NCBI GenBank assembly: GCA_963815215.1
Contig: CAWFFU010000009.1
Location: 32,001 to 96,000 of the forward strand
Source of the DNA: an uncultured Trueperaceae bacterium
GTDB lineage: Bacteria > Deinococcota > Deinococci > Deinococcales > Trueperaceae
Length of the DNA: 64,000 bases
Reading direction: 5' to 3'
Made by a program: the position numbers and the translations under genes. Under the pieces are notes generated by a model. It searched no databases. It saw only the letters and a program-made list of their open reading frames with translations, and was not told where the DNA came from. Below, in pieces: positions 41,031 to 52,520 of this stretch; the first letter of the stretch is position 1, and each line of letters begins with the position of its first letter.

Positions 41031-41915
41031 CTACACGTGGGCGAGGTAGCGGGCTTTCATCAGCTCGAGCACGGCGTCACCCGGCTGCTCCCAGAGCTCT
41101 CGGTTGAAGATCTCGCACTCGATGGGTCCCCGGTAACCGGCCCGGTCCACCGCTCGCCGGAACTCCCGGAGCCCGATCCAGCCGTCCCCCATCATGCCCC
41201 TGCCTTCGAGCACCGCCGGCAACGGGGTGATCCAATCACTCACGTGGAACGCGAAGATCCTGTTCCCGGCGCGTGTGATCTCGGCCCCGGCGCGGGGGTC
41301 CCACCAGACGTGATAGGCGTCCACGACGACGCCGACGGTGGGATCGTCGGCGGGGAAAGGCTCGTTGAGTCGGTCGGCGGCGTCGTTGGCCTGGCCCAGG
41401 GTGACCACGACACTGCGATCGGCGCAGAACATGGGGTGGAGGGGCTCGATCCCCAGCCGCACGCCCCGCTCGCGAGCGTCTGGGGCGATGGCGGCGATAC
41501 CGTCCCACACCATCTCGCGCGCCGCGGCCACGTCGCCGCCGGGGTGGATGCCTCCACAAACCAGCACCAGTGTGTCGGCCCCCAGCTCGGCGCACTCGTC
41601 GATGGCGCGGCGGTTGTCGTCGAGCCGCGCCGCGCGCTCAGCCGCGGTGGCGGCCGGGAACATCCCGCCGCGGCACAGGCTCGAGCAGTGCACGCCCGTC
41701 TCGCGCAGCGCTCGCACGCTGTCGCGCAGGCCCTGGGCGGCCACCTTGTCGCGCCACAGGCCGACCCAGCCGAGGCCCGCCCGGGCGCAGCCCTCCACCG
41801 CTTCGGCCACGCTCCAGTGGTACGTGGTGTACTGGTTGAGGCTCAGCCGGCCGAGGTCGGGCGGCGACTCGTCGGCGCCACGCTCCGATGCGGCCCCGGC
41901 AGCGCCCGCCCTCAC
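41031..41915 (-). CDS. Sugar phosphate isomerase/epimerase (xylose-isomerase-like TIM barrel)
   Basis: SSLCRGGMF, IEPLHPM, VDAYHVWWDP, FHVSDW, RGMMGDG.I, ECEIFN. Confidence 0.88.
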   Translation of the reverse strand: MRAGAAGAASERGADESPPDLGRLSLNQYTTYHWSVAEAVEGCARAGLGWVGLWRDKVAAQGLRDSVRALRETGVHCSSLCRGGMFPAATAAERAARLDDNRRAIDECAELGADTLVLVCGGIHPGGDVAAAREMVWDGIAAIAPDARERGVRLGIEPLHPMFCADRSVVVTLGQANDAADRLNEPFPADDPTVGVVVDAYHVWWDPRAGAEITRAGNRIFAFHVSDWITPLPAVLEGRGMMGDGWIGLREFRRAVDRAGYRGPIECEIFNRELWEQPGDAVLELMKARYLAHV

Positions 41916-43078
41916 GCCACGCCCCTGTCCGCCAGCACTCGCGCCATGCGGGCGGCCGCGTCCTCCGGGTCGCGCAGCAGTCCTGCCCGGTCGGCCAGCC
42001 GGAAGACCGTCCCCAGGTGCGCCGGCGAGCGCCGGTCCTCCATCCCGCCCAACATCCGGACGTGGTCCTGGTGGCCGTTGAGGTAGGCAAGCAGCACGAT
42101 CCCCACCTTGTAATCGAATGTCGGCTCGGCGAAGACGTGCCGCGATAGGCGTTCGGCCGGGGCGAGGATGGCGTCGTAGCGCTCGGGGCGGCCGGCCTCG
42201 AGCGCTGCCATGGCGGCCGCCGCGGCGGGCGCGATGGCGTCGAAGATTCCCAGCAGGCCGTCGCTGTGGCCGTGCGCGTCGCCCTTGATGAGGCGCGGGA
42301 AGGCGAAGTCGTCGCCGCTGTACATGAGCACCCCCGCGGGCAGCCGGCGCCGCAGCTCGATCTCCTTCTCGGCGTCGAGCAGGCTGATCTTCACGCCGTC
42401 AACCTTGCCCGGGTGCTCCGCGATGATGCCGAGCAGGGTGGCGGCCGCGGCGGAGAAGCCGCTGGCGCCCCAGTAGCCCGCCAGCGCCGGGTCGAACATC
42501 GGCCCCAGCCAGTGGAGGATGACCGGCGCCGACACCTGCCGCAGGACCCGCCCGTACACCGCGGCGTAGTCCTCGGCGCCGCGTGCGACGGCGGCGAGCT
42601 GGCGCGAGGCCATCATGATGACCCGCCCGCCGCACGCCTCCACGTGGGCGACCTGCTCCTCGTAGGCGGCGCCGATGTCGTCGAGCGTGAGGCGAGGGCT
42701 CTCGTCGGGGAGCTGGTCGGTCCCCGCGCCGCAGGCGATGCGGCCGCCGGCGCTGCGCGCCTCGGCGCACGCCCGCCGGATCAGCTCGCGGCTGGCGGGG
42801 TGATCCAGGCCCATGCCGCGCTGGGCGGTGTCCATGGCCTCGGCCACGCCGAAGCCGTAGCGCCACAGGTGGTGGCGGTAGCGCAGGGTGGCGTCCCAGT
42901 CGAGGGCGGCCGGCTCACCGGGGCCGCGCGCGGCGGACGGGTCGGCCACCACGTGGGCGGCGGCGTAGAGCACGCGGCTGGTGAAGGGGCGCTCCGGCGG
43001 AGGGTAGGCGGCCGCACCACGCAGCCGGTAGCGCTCCAGGCGGCCGTCCTCGGTGGGGAGGTCGATGACGGTGGCCAC
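41912..43078 (-). CDS. DUF993 family (dihydrodipicolinate-synthase-like) protein
   Basis: YAAAHVVADP, GVAEAMDTAQRGMGLD, LHWLG.MFDPAL.GYWG, GVKISLLD, YSGDDF. Confidence 0.88.
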   Translation of the reverse strand: MATVIDLPTEDGRLERYRLRGAAAYPPPERPFTSRVLYAAAHVVADPSAARGPGEPAALDWDATLRYRHHLWRYGFGVAEAMDTAQRGMGLDHPASRELIRRACAEARSAGGRIACGAGTDQLPDESPRLTLDDIGAAYEEQVAHVEACGGRVIMMASRQLAAVARGAEDYAAVYGRVLRQVSAPVILHWLGPMFDPALAGYWGASGFSAAAATLLGIIAEHPGKVDGVKISLLDAEKEIELRRRLPAGVLMYSGDDFAFPRLIKGDAHGHSDGLLGIFDAIAPAAAAAMAALEAGRPERYDAILAPAERLSRHVFAEPTFDYKVGIVLLAYLNGHQDHVRMLGGMEDRRSPAHLGTVFRLADRAGLLRDPEDAAARMARVLADRGVA

Positions 43079-43085
43079 GGCCCGG

Positions 43086-44258
43086 CTAGCGTCCTAGCTC
43101 CGGCACGTCGACCCAGCGCCGCTCGCGCCAGGAGGCGTGTGCCAGCTCCGCGAGTTGCACGCCCTTGGCGCCCTCCAGCAGGGTGTGGGGGAAGGGCGCG
43201 CCGCTCGCCAGGTGGCGCAGGAAGGCCTCCCATTGCGCCCGGAAGCCGTTGGGGAACGGCTGGTTGTCGGGGACCTCCTGCCAGCCGCCGAAGAAGTCGA
43301 TGGGGCTGGGCACGTCGGGGTTCCACACCGGCTTGGGGGTGGCGCTCCGGTGCTGGGCCTTGCACGAGCGCAGGCCCGCGACCGCGCTGCCCTCGGTGCC
43401 GTCCACCTGCAGGGCGACCAACTCGTCGCGGTAGACGCGCGTGGTCCACGACGAGTTGATCTGGGCGACGATCCCGCCGTCCAGTTCGAACAGCGCGTAG
43501 GCGGCGTCGTCGGCGGTGGCGGCGTAGGCCGCGCCGTGCTCGTCACGGCGATCCGGGACGTGGGTGGCGCCCAGGCACAGCACCGAACGCACCTCGCCGA
43601 AGAGATGGTCGAGCAGGTAGCGCCAGTGCGGCAGCATGTCGAGGATGATGCCGCCGCCCTCCTCGCGGCGGTAGTTCCAGCTGGGGCGTTGGGCGGGTTG
43701 CCAGTCGCCCTCGAACACCCAGTAGCCGAACTCGCCGCGCACCGACAGGATGCGGCCGAAGAAGCCGCCGTCGATCAGGCGCTTGAGCTTGAGCAGGCCG
43801 GGCAGGTAGAGCTTGTCCTGCACCACCCCCGTTCGCACCCCGGCACGGTCGGCGAGCGCCGCCAGGTCGAGCGCCTCAGCGAGCGTGGATGCCACCGGCT
43901 TCTCGGTGTAGACGTGCTTGCCGGCGGCGATGGCCTTGCGCAGGTTGTCGGGGCGGAGCTGCGTAGTGACCGCGTCGAAGTAGACGGCGTCGTCGGGATC
44001 GGCCAGGCAGGCGTCCAGGTCGTCGCTGAGGCGCTGGATGCCGGTCTCGGCCGCCAACGCCTGCAGCTTGGCCGGGTCGCGGCCCACCAGGATGGGGTCG
44101 GGGAGCAGGCGGCGGCCGCCGGGCAGCGTCACGCCGCCGTCCTGGCGGATGGCCAGGATCGATCGCAGCAGGTGCTGGTTCTTGCCCATGCGGCCGGTGA
44201 CGCCGTTCATGATGATGCCGATGCGCTCGGGCTCGCGCGCGGCCCCGGTTGCGCTCAT
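43086..44258 (-). CDS. Gfo/Idh/MocA oxidoreductase
   Basis: IIMNGVTGRMG, KHVYTEKP, VVQDKL, WNYR..GGGIILDM.PHW. Confidence 0.9.
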   Translation of the reverse strand: MSATGAAREPERIGIIMNGVTGRMGKNQHLLRSILAIRQDGGVTLPGGRRLLPDPILVGRDPAKLQALAAETGIQRLSDDLDACLADPDDAVYFDAVTTQLRPDNLRKAIAAGKHVYTEKPVASTLAEALDLAALADRAGVRTGVVQDKLYLPGLLKLKRLIDGGFFGRILSVRGEFGYWVFEGDWQPAQRPSWNYRREEGGGIILDMLPHWRYLLDHLFGEVRSVLCLGATHVPDRRDEHGAAYAATADDAAYALFELDGGIVAQINSSWTTRVYRDELVALQVDGTEGSAVAGLRSCKAQHRSATPKPVWNPDVPSPIDFFGGWQEVPDNQPFPNGFRAQWEAFLRHLASGAPFPHTLLEGAKGVQLAELAHASWRERRWVDVPELGR

Positions 44259-45343
44259 GGCCCGCCTCCCGTCGCCCGCGACCTCGCCCGGTCGGCGTGC
44301 GCCTGGGCGTGCAGTGCCAGCTCGGCCGCGGCGAAGGCGTGCGCCTGCGTCATAGCGGTCTCGCTGCGGTTCAGGCAGTCGAGGATGAGCCGGCCGAAGA
44401 ACGGGTAGCCCACCTTGCCCTGCACCTGCAGATGCTGCTCCCCCTCGGCGGTCACCAGGTAGATGTGGTCGCTGCCGGGGCCGCGCGCCACGTCGACGTA
44501 CTTGCGCAGCTCCAGGGTGCCCTCGGTGCCGAGCAGCAGCAGCCGCCCGTCCCCCCAGGCGCTGAGGCCGGCCGGCGTGAACCAGTCGACGCGCACGTAG
44601 CCGGAGCTGCCCGTGTCGGTCACCACGCCGGCTTCCCCGAAGTCCTCCAGCTCGGGGTGCTGCGGGTGGCCGAAGTTCTCCACCCGGGCGTGCTCGACGG
44701 TGGCGCCGGCGGCGCCGCTGAAGAACAGCACCTGCTCGAACTGGTGGGAGGCGATGTCACACAGGATGCCGCCGTAGCGCGCCTTCTCGAAGAACCAGTC
44801 GGGCCTGGGGTTGAGGCCCAGCCGGTGGGGGCCGAGGCCCAACACCTGCACCACCCGCCCGATGACGCCCGCCTCGACCAGCTCGGCGGCGAACACGGCG
44901 CACTCGACGTGCAGCCGCTCGCCGTAGTAGACCAGGTACTTGCGGCCGGTCTCGGCGACCTTGGCTCGCGCCGCGTCGAGCTGAGCCAGGCTCGTGAACG
45001 GCCCCTTGTCCACGAAGACGTCCTTGCCGCTGTCCATCACGCGCAGACCCAGCGGGCCGCGCTCGCTCGGGACGATCGAGGACGCCACCAGCGCGATCTC
45101 GGGCGCCTCCAGGACTTCTTCCTCGCTGCCCGCGGCCGCCGCGCCAGGGAACCGCTCCAGCAGCGCCGCGACCTTGGCGGGGTCGCGGTCGTGGACGAGC
45201 CTCAGCTCGCCGCCGGCCTGGCTGAGGCCGTCGCACATGGCGCGGATGTGGGGATGATCGAGCCCCACAGCGGCGAAGAGGAACTCGCCGCGCTCGCACG
45301 CCGGCGCGGGCGGGCCAGAGGGCTCGAGCAGCGCCCCCGGCAC
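44255..45343 (-). CDS. Gfo/Idh/MocA oxidoreductase (YteT-like)
   Basis: GLDHPHI, GKDVFVDK, YGERL, GPHRL, YGGILCDIASHQ, VDWFTP.GL..WGDGR. Confidence 0.88.
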   Translation of the reverse strand: MPGALLEPSGPPAPACERGEFLFAAVGLDHPHIRAMCDGLSQAGGELRLVHDRDPAKVAALLERFPGAAAAGSEEEVLEAPEIALVASSIVPSERGPLGLRVMDSGKDVFVDKGPFTSLAQLDAARAKVAETGRKYLVYYGERLHVECAVFAAELVEAGVIGRVVQVLGLGPHRLGLNPRPDWFFEKARYGGILCDIASHQFEQVLFFSGAAGATVEHARVENFGHPQHPELEDFGEAGVVTDTGSSGYVRVDWFTPAGLSAWGDGRLLLLGTEGTLELRKYVDVARGPGSDHIYLVTAEGEQHLQVQGKVGYPFFGRLILDCLNRSETAMTQAHAFAAAELALHAQAHADRARSRATGGGP

Positions 45344-46527
45344 TCAGGCTCCCGTCCCGTGCGCCGCGCCGGCTCCCTGCACGACGTTCCCGTGCGCGGC
45401 GTCTCCGGACATGGCGTCGTAGAAGGAGTCGCCCGGGGTGATGCTGCCGCGCTCCACGCGCGTCCCGGTGAACGCCGACGCGTACAGGCTGGCGAGGAAC
45501 TCCAGCGTCGCGCGGGCCCCGGGGCCGCTGGTGAGCGGCCGCTCGCCGCGCTCCAGGCAGTCGAGGACGTGGCTCAGCTGCGCCTGGTGGAGCGAGGGCA
45601 CGTCGGGCGGCAGGGCTCGCCAGCGCGCCAGTTCGGCGTCGTCGGGCGAGCCGTCCGGCAGGGTGTAGCGCCAGTCGTCGTTGCGGTAGCCGTAGAGGTG
45701 GTGGAGCTCCACCGTCGCCCGCGCGAAGTCCAGGCGCAGCACGCTCTCCTGGCGGGGCGAAACCGCCGAGTTGAGGATGGTGCCGAGCGCGCCGCTCTCG
45801 AAGCGAACGCTCGCCACCGCCACGTCCTCGACCTCGATGGCGTGCCCCAGCGTGCCGGCCATGGCGCTGACCTCGGCCCAGGGGCCGAAGAGCCACAGCA
45901 GCAGGTCCATGGCGTGGATGCCGTGGATCATGCTGGTGCCGCCCAGCTCGGTGGCCCAGCTGCCGCGCCACGGCACCGCGTAGTAGGCGTCGTCGCGGTA
46001 CCAGGTGGTCTGGCACAGCCCCAGCATGGGGCGGCCGAGGGCGCCCTCGGCGATGAGTCGCTGGAGGTGCCTGGCGCCCGCGCCGAAGCGCCACTGGTAG
46101 ACGCTGCTGCAGGTCGCGCCGGAGCGGGCCTCCGCCTCCTGGATGGCGTCCAGCTCCCGCAGGGAGCCGGCCAGCGGCTTCTCGCACAGCACCCAGGCGC
46201 CCGCCTCCAGCGAGCGGATGCACTGCGCCGAGTGCAGGCTCGGCGGCGTGCAGATGAGCACCAGCTCGGGGCGCTCGCGCTCCAGCATGGCGTCCAGGTC
46301 GCTATGCACCGCGGGCACGCCGTGCGCCTCCGCGAACGCCCTCGCCCTGGCCCCGTCGATGTCGACGGCCGCCACCAGCTCGGCGCGGTCCTGCTCCGCG
46401 CGCAGCGCGGCGGCGTGCTGCGCGGCGATGGCGCCGGTGCCTACGATCGCCGTCCTCACCCGGCGGCTCCCCGGCCCCCCCGCGCCCGGCGCACCTGCTC
46501 CCCGCCCGCCCGCCCCCTCGCAGGCCA

Positions 46528-46528
<1 letters not shown>
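45344..46528 (-). CDS. Gfo/Idh/MocA oxidoreductase
   Basis: AIVGTGAIA, VLCEKP, YQWRF, WRGSWATELGG..HGIHAMD; start ATG 46528 or GTG 46459. Confidence 0.88.
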
Positions 46529-47580
<1,052 letters not shown>

Positions 47581-47643
47581 GACAGCCCTCCCGGGTTACG
47601 CCCCGACGCTCCGGCGTCGACGGACGGGCTCTGGCGCGAAGGA

Positions 47644-48672
47644 TCAGGTGGCATCGGAGCGCCTTCCCGCCCATAGCTGGACCAGCGTGAGCACCAGCAG
47701 CACCAGGCCCAGGAGGACGGACGCGGCGGCGGCCAGGCCGAACCTGCGGATCTGCGAGGCGAACGCGGTGTTGTAGATGTACTGAACGATGAAGGTCGTG
47801 GCCGTGCCGGGCCCGCCGCCCGTGAACGCGAAGACCTCGTCGAAGAGCTGCACGGCCCGGATGAGGGCCAGCACCAGCACGACGAGAAGGGTGGGCATCA
47901 GGAGCGGCAGGGTGACATAGCGGAACGATTGCCACGCGCCGGCGCCGTCGATGGCTCCGGCCTCGTAGAGCTCCGCGGGGATCGATTGCAGTCCCGCCAG
48001 AAGGATGAGTGTGTAGAAGCCCATCGTCGCCCAGGTGGTGGTGAACACCACCCAGAACATCGCCCAGTGGGCGTTCAGCAGGAAGAGCACCTTGTGGCCC
48101 CCGAGCATCTGGATGAATGCGTTCAGCAGACCCTCGCGTTGGAGGATCCACTTCCAGATGAGCGCCACCACGACGGGAGACAGGAGCACCGGGTAGAAGA
48201 ACACGCTCCGGAAGAACCCGCGGAAGCGGAACGTGCGGTTGAGCACCATGGCGGTGATCAGCGCGAACAACACGAGCGCGATGAGCTGGGCCGGGACGAA
48301 GATAAATGCGTTGTGCACGGCGCGCCAGAAGGTGTCCTCCTGGCAGGTGCTGGGCTGAAGGAAATTCCCGCAGTTGAAGATCCGCTGGAAGTTGCTGGTT
48401 CCCACGAACGGCCGGTTCTGCGGGAACAGGTTCGTGCCTCCGGTGAACGCGTAATAGAAGTTGAGCAGCATCGGGAACAGCACGAAGATGCCGAAGATAG
48501 CGAGGTTGGGCAGCAGGAACACCCACGGCATGCGCTTCACGCCGATGGCGCGCTGCACCGGTGCCATCACAAGGTCGAGGGTGTTCATCAGGAAGGTGAA
48601 CAGCCCCCGCAAGGCGCGGCCCGGCACGCTCAGCACTCCCTTCAGCGCACGAGGAACGGACTCTGCTCGCAA
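47644..48672 (-). CDS. Carbohydrate ABC transporter permease (MalF-like)
   Basis: LAGLQSIPAELYEAGAIDGA EAA loop; TGGGPG. Confidence 0.93.
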   Translation of the reverse strand: MRAESVPRALKGVLSVPGRALRGLFTFLMNTLDLVMAPVQRAIGVKRMPWVFLLPNLAIFGIFVLFPMLLNFYYAFTGGTNLFPQNRPFVGTSNFQRIFNCGNFLQPSTCQEDTFWRAVHNAFIFVPAQLIALVLFALITAMVLNRTFRFRGFFRSVFFYPVLLSPVVVALIWKWILQREGLLNAFIQMLGGHKVLFLLNAHWAMFWVVFTTTWATMGFYTLILLAGLQSIPAELYEAGAIDGAGAWQSFRYVTLPLLMPTLLVVLVLALIRAVQLFDEVFAFTGGGPGTATTFIVQYIYNTAFASQIRRFGLAAAASVLLGLVLLVLTLVQLWAGRRSDAT

Positions 48673-48686
48673 TGCTTCCTCCTCGA

Positions 48687-48720
48687 GGTACCCGGTGGAG
48701 GGGAGCCTCCACCGGGTACC
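48687..48720. terminator. Perfect 15-bp hairpin between the SBP and first permease genes (mRNA stabiliser or attenuator)
   Basis: ggtacccggtggagg-ggag-cctccaccgggtacc. Confidence 0.75.
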
Positions 48721-48746
48721 GGTCCGATCTCAGGGAAGGAACGTGC

Positions 48747-50021
48747 TCACTGCGACGAGCCCGCCGCGGAGAGCTGCTCGTCGATGTCTTGTTGGATGCG
48801 CTGGACGGCCTGGTCCATGGTCAGCTCGCCGACCATGACCTGCGTCAACCGGTCGCGGATGGCGTTGAAGTAGGTGGTGTTGTACTTGTACGCCTGCAGC
48901 TTGTAGGCCAGCGGGGCGAGCTTCGGGACCTGGCTGGAGAACGTCTGCAGCGCCGCCTTGGCGAACTGGTTGTCGGTCTGGAAGTCGATGCCTTGCTTTG
49001 CCAGGCTGAGGGACCCGGGGATGAAGAGGGTGCGCGCGTAGAACTCCGCGAGGTTGTCGGGCTGCGTCAAGAACTCCATGAGCTTCGCGACCGCCTCGGG
49101 GTGCTTAGTCTCCTTCAGGGCGACCAGAGCAGCGCCACCAGGCATGCCCGTGCAGGCGGCGGGGCCGCAGGGGTTGGGCACGGCGACCCAGTCGAAGGCG
49201 TTGCCGATCTTGCTGGCGAACTGGCTGATCTGCCAGCTGCCGGACATGTAGAAGACGATCTGGCCGTTGATGAAGTCCTGGTTTCCGGCTGCGTACTGGC
49301 CCGAGGTACCGATCCAGATGCTCGGGTCCATGGTGCCGTCCTTGTTCCACTGCACCAGGAGCTGTGCCATCTTGCGGAAGCCCGCGTCGTCGATCTTCGG
49401 CTTGCCCTGCGCGTCGAAGAACTTGGCGCCCATGCTGACCGCCGGACCGGCGAAGCGGTGCCCGGAACGGTCCATGGCCATGGCGAAGGGGGTGCCCGTG
49501 GCCTTGGCCACCTTGCGGCTCACGTCGGCCCACTGCTCCCAGGTGGTGTCGCCCTGCGGCAGGGGGATCCCGGCCTGGTCGAAGAGCGTCTTGTTCACGA
49601 AGGGGCCCGTGACCGTGAGCTGCGTCATGTAGCCGGGGATCGCCTTGGAGCCCGGGGGCCGCATCCAATCGAGGAACGGCCCGAAGTTCGTCTCCCAATA
49701 GCTCGAATCCTTGAGGTACGGCGTGAGGTCGAGGTAGTACTTCTCGAGACCGCCGAGGTCCGTCACGCGCGCCAGGTCGGGGCCCTGGCCAGACGCCAGC
49801 TGCAGCGGCAGTGACTGCAAGATGCCCTGCGCGTACGAGACGGTGTCCAGTGTGACGGTGATGTCGGGGTTCTGGGCCTCGAACTTGTTCAGCAGGTCCT
49901 GCATGACCTGCCCCTCGTTGCCGTCGTTGTACCAGGCGATGCGCAGGTGGGTCTGCGCCAGGGCGGTCATCCCGCCCATCATCGCGGCGAGTAGCAAGAA
50001 CATCCGCATGCGTCGAATCAT
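48747..50021 (-). CDS. Carbohydrate ABC transporter substrate-binding protein (family 1)
   Basis: Signal peptide ALA-Q; WYNDGNEG, GQGPDLARVTD, FVNKTLF, SGSWQ; AGGAGG SD. Confidence 0.92.
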   Translation of the reverse strand: MIRRMRMFLLLAAMMGGMTALAQTHLRIAWYNDGNEGQVMQDLLNKFEAQNPDITVTLDTVSYAQGILQSLPLQLASGQGPDLARVTDLGGLEKYYLDLTPYLKDSSYWETNFGPFLDWMRPPGSKAIPGYMTQLTVTGPFVNKTLFDQAGIPLPQGDTTWEQWADVSRKVAKATGTPFAMAMDRSGHRFAGPAVSMGAKFFDAQGKPKIDDAGFRKMAQLLVQWNKDGTMDPSIWIGTSGQYAAGNQDFINGQIVFYMSGSWQISQFASKIGNAFDWVAVPNPCGPAACTGMPGGAALVALKETKHPEAVAKLMEFLTQPDNLAEFYARTLFIPGSLSLAKQGIDFQTDNQFAKAALQTFSSQVPKLAPLAYKLQAYKYNTTYFNAIRDRLTQVMVGELTMDQAVQRIQQDIDEQLSAAGSSQ

Positions 50022-50250
50022 CGTTCCTCCTCAGGGTACGCGGTCGGTCCGCGTCGTATGGGGGCGTTCGGGTCTGGCCTCTTCCGGCTCGTCGTGTCCT
50101 CCTCCCACAAGCTGACGGTGTGGCCGGTCGTGTGCCTTCGCCGGGTGGGCGCAACGGCGACGGGCCGGATCCCGGGCCGTGAGGTGGCGCCGGGTGCGAT
50201 GGCGGCCGGCGGGTAGCCGGCACGCGCGGAGGGTGCGGGCGCCCGGCGCG

Positions 50251-50931
50251 TCACAACGGCGCCCTCGCGAGGTGCCCTCGTGCTTCGAGGTGCTCGGTGT
50301 AGGCGGCCAGGGCCGCCCGGTTGTGCTCGCGCAGGCCGCGCTCGGTGGCAGCCGGGTCGCGCCGCTTCAGGGCCGCCAGCAGGGCCACGTGGTCCTGCTG
50401 GGCCTCGGGGATGCGGCGCGAGAACACCTCGTCCAGGAAGTGACGCCGCAGCCGGTCCCAGTGGTCCAGGGCGATGTCCAGCACCCTGGCGGCGAGGCCC
50501 GTCCCCGAGCGCTCGCCGATGAAGTGGTGGAGTTGCTTGTTGCGGAGCGACCAGGCCTCGGCATCGCGCATCGACGCGCCCATGGCCGCTACGAAGCGCT
50601 CGAGCCAGGCCAGATCGTCGTTAGCCAGTCGCTCGCACGCCGCCCGACTGGTGATGATCTCCATCGCTTCGAGCACCTGGAACACCTCGCGGACGTCCTT
50701 GGCATGCAGCTCGGTGACGCGCGCACCGACGTGCGCCTCGAGCGTGACGAAGCCCGCCGCCTCGAGGCGGAACAGCGCCTCGCGGATTGGGATCTGGCTC
50801 ACCCCCAGCTGCTCGGCGAGGTGGTCGATCACGAGGCGCGATCCCGGCTCCAGCTGGCCATCCAGGATCAAGGTGTGCACGTGGTCGTACACCTGCTCGT
50901 TCTTGCTCTTGAAGACGCGAGCGCCTTCCAC
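50251..50931 (-). CDS. GntR-family regulator (FCD domain)
   Basis: LEPGSRL..LAEQLGVSQIPIREAL..LE..GFV; NKQLH; DHVALL. Confidence 0.92.
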   Translation of the reverse strand: MEGARVFKSKNEQVYDHVHTLILDGQLEPGSRLVIDHLAEQLGVSQIPIREALFRLEAAGFVTLEAHVGARVTELHAKDVREVFQVLEAMEIITSRAACERLANDDLAWLERFVAAMGASMRDAEAWSLRNKQLHHFIGERSGTGLAARVLDIALDHWDRLRRHFLDEVFSRRIPEAQQDHVALLAALKRRDPAATERGLREHNRAALAAYTEHLEARGHLARAPL

Positions 50932-50957
50932 GAGGCCTCCAGCGAACTGACGTTTCG

Positions 50958-50975
50958 TACATCCTATAGGATGCA
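50958..50975. promoter_or_regulatory. Palindromic operator overlapping the -10 of the gntR-led operon
   Basis: Perfect 14-bp CATCCTATAGGATG (50960-50973) containing TAGGAT on the minus strand. Confidence 0.7.
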
Positions 50976-51048
50976 GGCGTCCACGGCAACGGGGCTGCGC
51001 TCGCCGAGGTACTCCAGTTGCCGCGTCGCCGGGACCTCCTGCCGCCCC

Positions 51049-52194
51049 TCAGGGCGTCAGCGTCGCGTCGAGCCAGTCGAAGGCCGCATCCTGCATCTCG
51101 ACGTCGAAGCGATGCGGGCCCGGGTAGAACCGGCCCTGGTAGCCGCCGGCCGCGCCGGCGGTGGCGTAGGTGCGCCGTATGGCTGCGTCGGCGGCCCGCA
51201 TGCCGGCCACAGGGAAGAGGGCGTCGTCCTCGGCATACTGCACCAGCAGCGGGCGCGGCGCGGCGCACGCCGCCACGTCGGGCCAGTCGCCGTGGCGGGC
51301 GAGCCCGGGCGGGAACATCATCCAGGTGTGGGCGTGGACGTGCGCGTCCAGCAGTGCGCCGTAGGTGCTCATCATGCCGACGACGACCGTCGCCGCCAGC
51401 CCGTCGTGCGTCGCGGAGAGGAGTGCGGCGCGCGCTCCGCCGCCGGACAAGCCGATGGCACCCAACCGTCCGCCATCGACCTCCGGCCGGGAGGCCAGGT
51501 AGCTCAGCGCGACGCGGTCCTCGTAGCTCACCAGGGCCGCGATCGAGGTGCCGAGCGCGGCGCAGTACTTCGCCACCAGGTGCTCGTGGAGCTCGGCGGC
51601 GGCGTTGTACCGGGCGACGTCGTCGGGTTCTCCCCTGTCCCGGTAGCCGGCGACCGCGCCCGCCACCAGCTCGGGTGTGCGCTCCGGCATGGTGGCGAGC
51701 GCGAAGCGCCTGCTGCCCCACAGAAAGACGTCGGGCACCAGCACCACGAAGCCGCGCTCGGCCAGGCGGTTGGCGAAGGCGACGCCCCCGTAGGCCCGCT
51801 CGCGGAGCCGCCGCACGGCCTCGACGGGCGCTTGGTCGTCGTCGGCGACCTTCTCTTTGCCGAGCAGCTTGAAGTTGCCGTGGTCGTGCAGCGCCAGCAC
51901 GCCGGGGAGCCTGGCGGCGGTCGGGGACGCCGGCCGCAGCAGCCACGCGCGCGTGCGCGGCCCGTACCCCACGCTCCACGACAGCTCCTCGCCCCGGACG
52001 CCACCTTGCTGCCAGCTGCGCTCCACCACCGGGTCCTGCGGCGCCTCCGGGCGGAAGCCGACGTCCAGGAGCTGCCGGATGCCGGCAGGGGAGACGCCGG
52101 CCGACCGCGGCGGCTCCCGCGAGCCGCGCAGGCCGCCCGTGGCGTCGACCAGGTCGCTGAAATCACCGAGGTGTCGGTATCGCTTCTGCGCCAC
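51049..52194 (-). CDS. Alpha/beta hydrolase (dienelactone hydrolase / acetyl-esterase-like)
   Basis: VLALHDHG, GLSGGG nucleophile elbow, DALF, GPHRF. Confidence 0.85.
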   Translation of the reverse strand: MAQKRYRHLGDFSDLVDATGGLRGSREPPRSAGVSPAGIRQLLDVGFRPEAPQDPVVERSWQQGGVRGEELSWSVGYGPRTRAWLLRPASPTAARLPGVLALHDHGNFKLLGKEKVADDDQAPVEAVRRLRERAYGGVAFANRLAERGFVVLVPDVFLWGSRRFALATMPERTPELVAGAVAGYRDRGEPDDVARYNAAAELHEHLVAKYCAALGTSIAALVSYEDRVALSYLASRPEVDGGRLGAIGLSGGGARAALLSATHDGLAATVVVGMMSTYGALLDAHVHAHTWMMFPPGLARHGDWPDVAACAAPRPLLVQYAEDDALFPVAGMRAADAAIRRTYATAGAAGGYQGRFYPGPHRFDVEMQDAAFDWLDATLTP

Positions 52195-52520
52195 CAGCGT
52201 TCATCCTCGCCTTCGTGCGCGAGCGGCGGCCGCCGCTCGGGGTGGCTCGAGCGTACTTCCCCGGGGACGACCGCACCCGGGAGCCCGCCGCAGGGGCGGG
52301 TTGCCCGCGCCGCCGTCCGTGGCGGTGGTGACGTTCAGGTGGCTGCCGTCGGGCCACACGTGCTCCTCGGCGTGTACTGCCTCGCATTGGGGGTTCCGTA
52401 CAACGACTCTGAGCGGGGGCCTGCGATGCCTCGTGGTCGCGTTGTCTGGCTGTCGGCGCCGGTCTTGCTGCTGGTGGTGGGGTTGGCCGCCCGCTCACGG
52501 CGAGCGGGAGCGGGTCGCCT

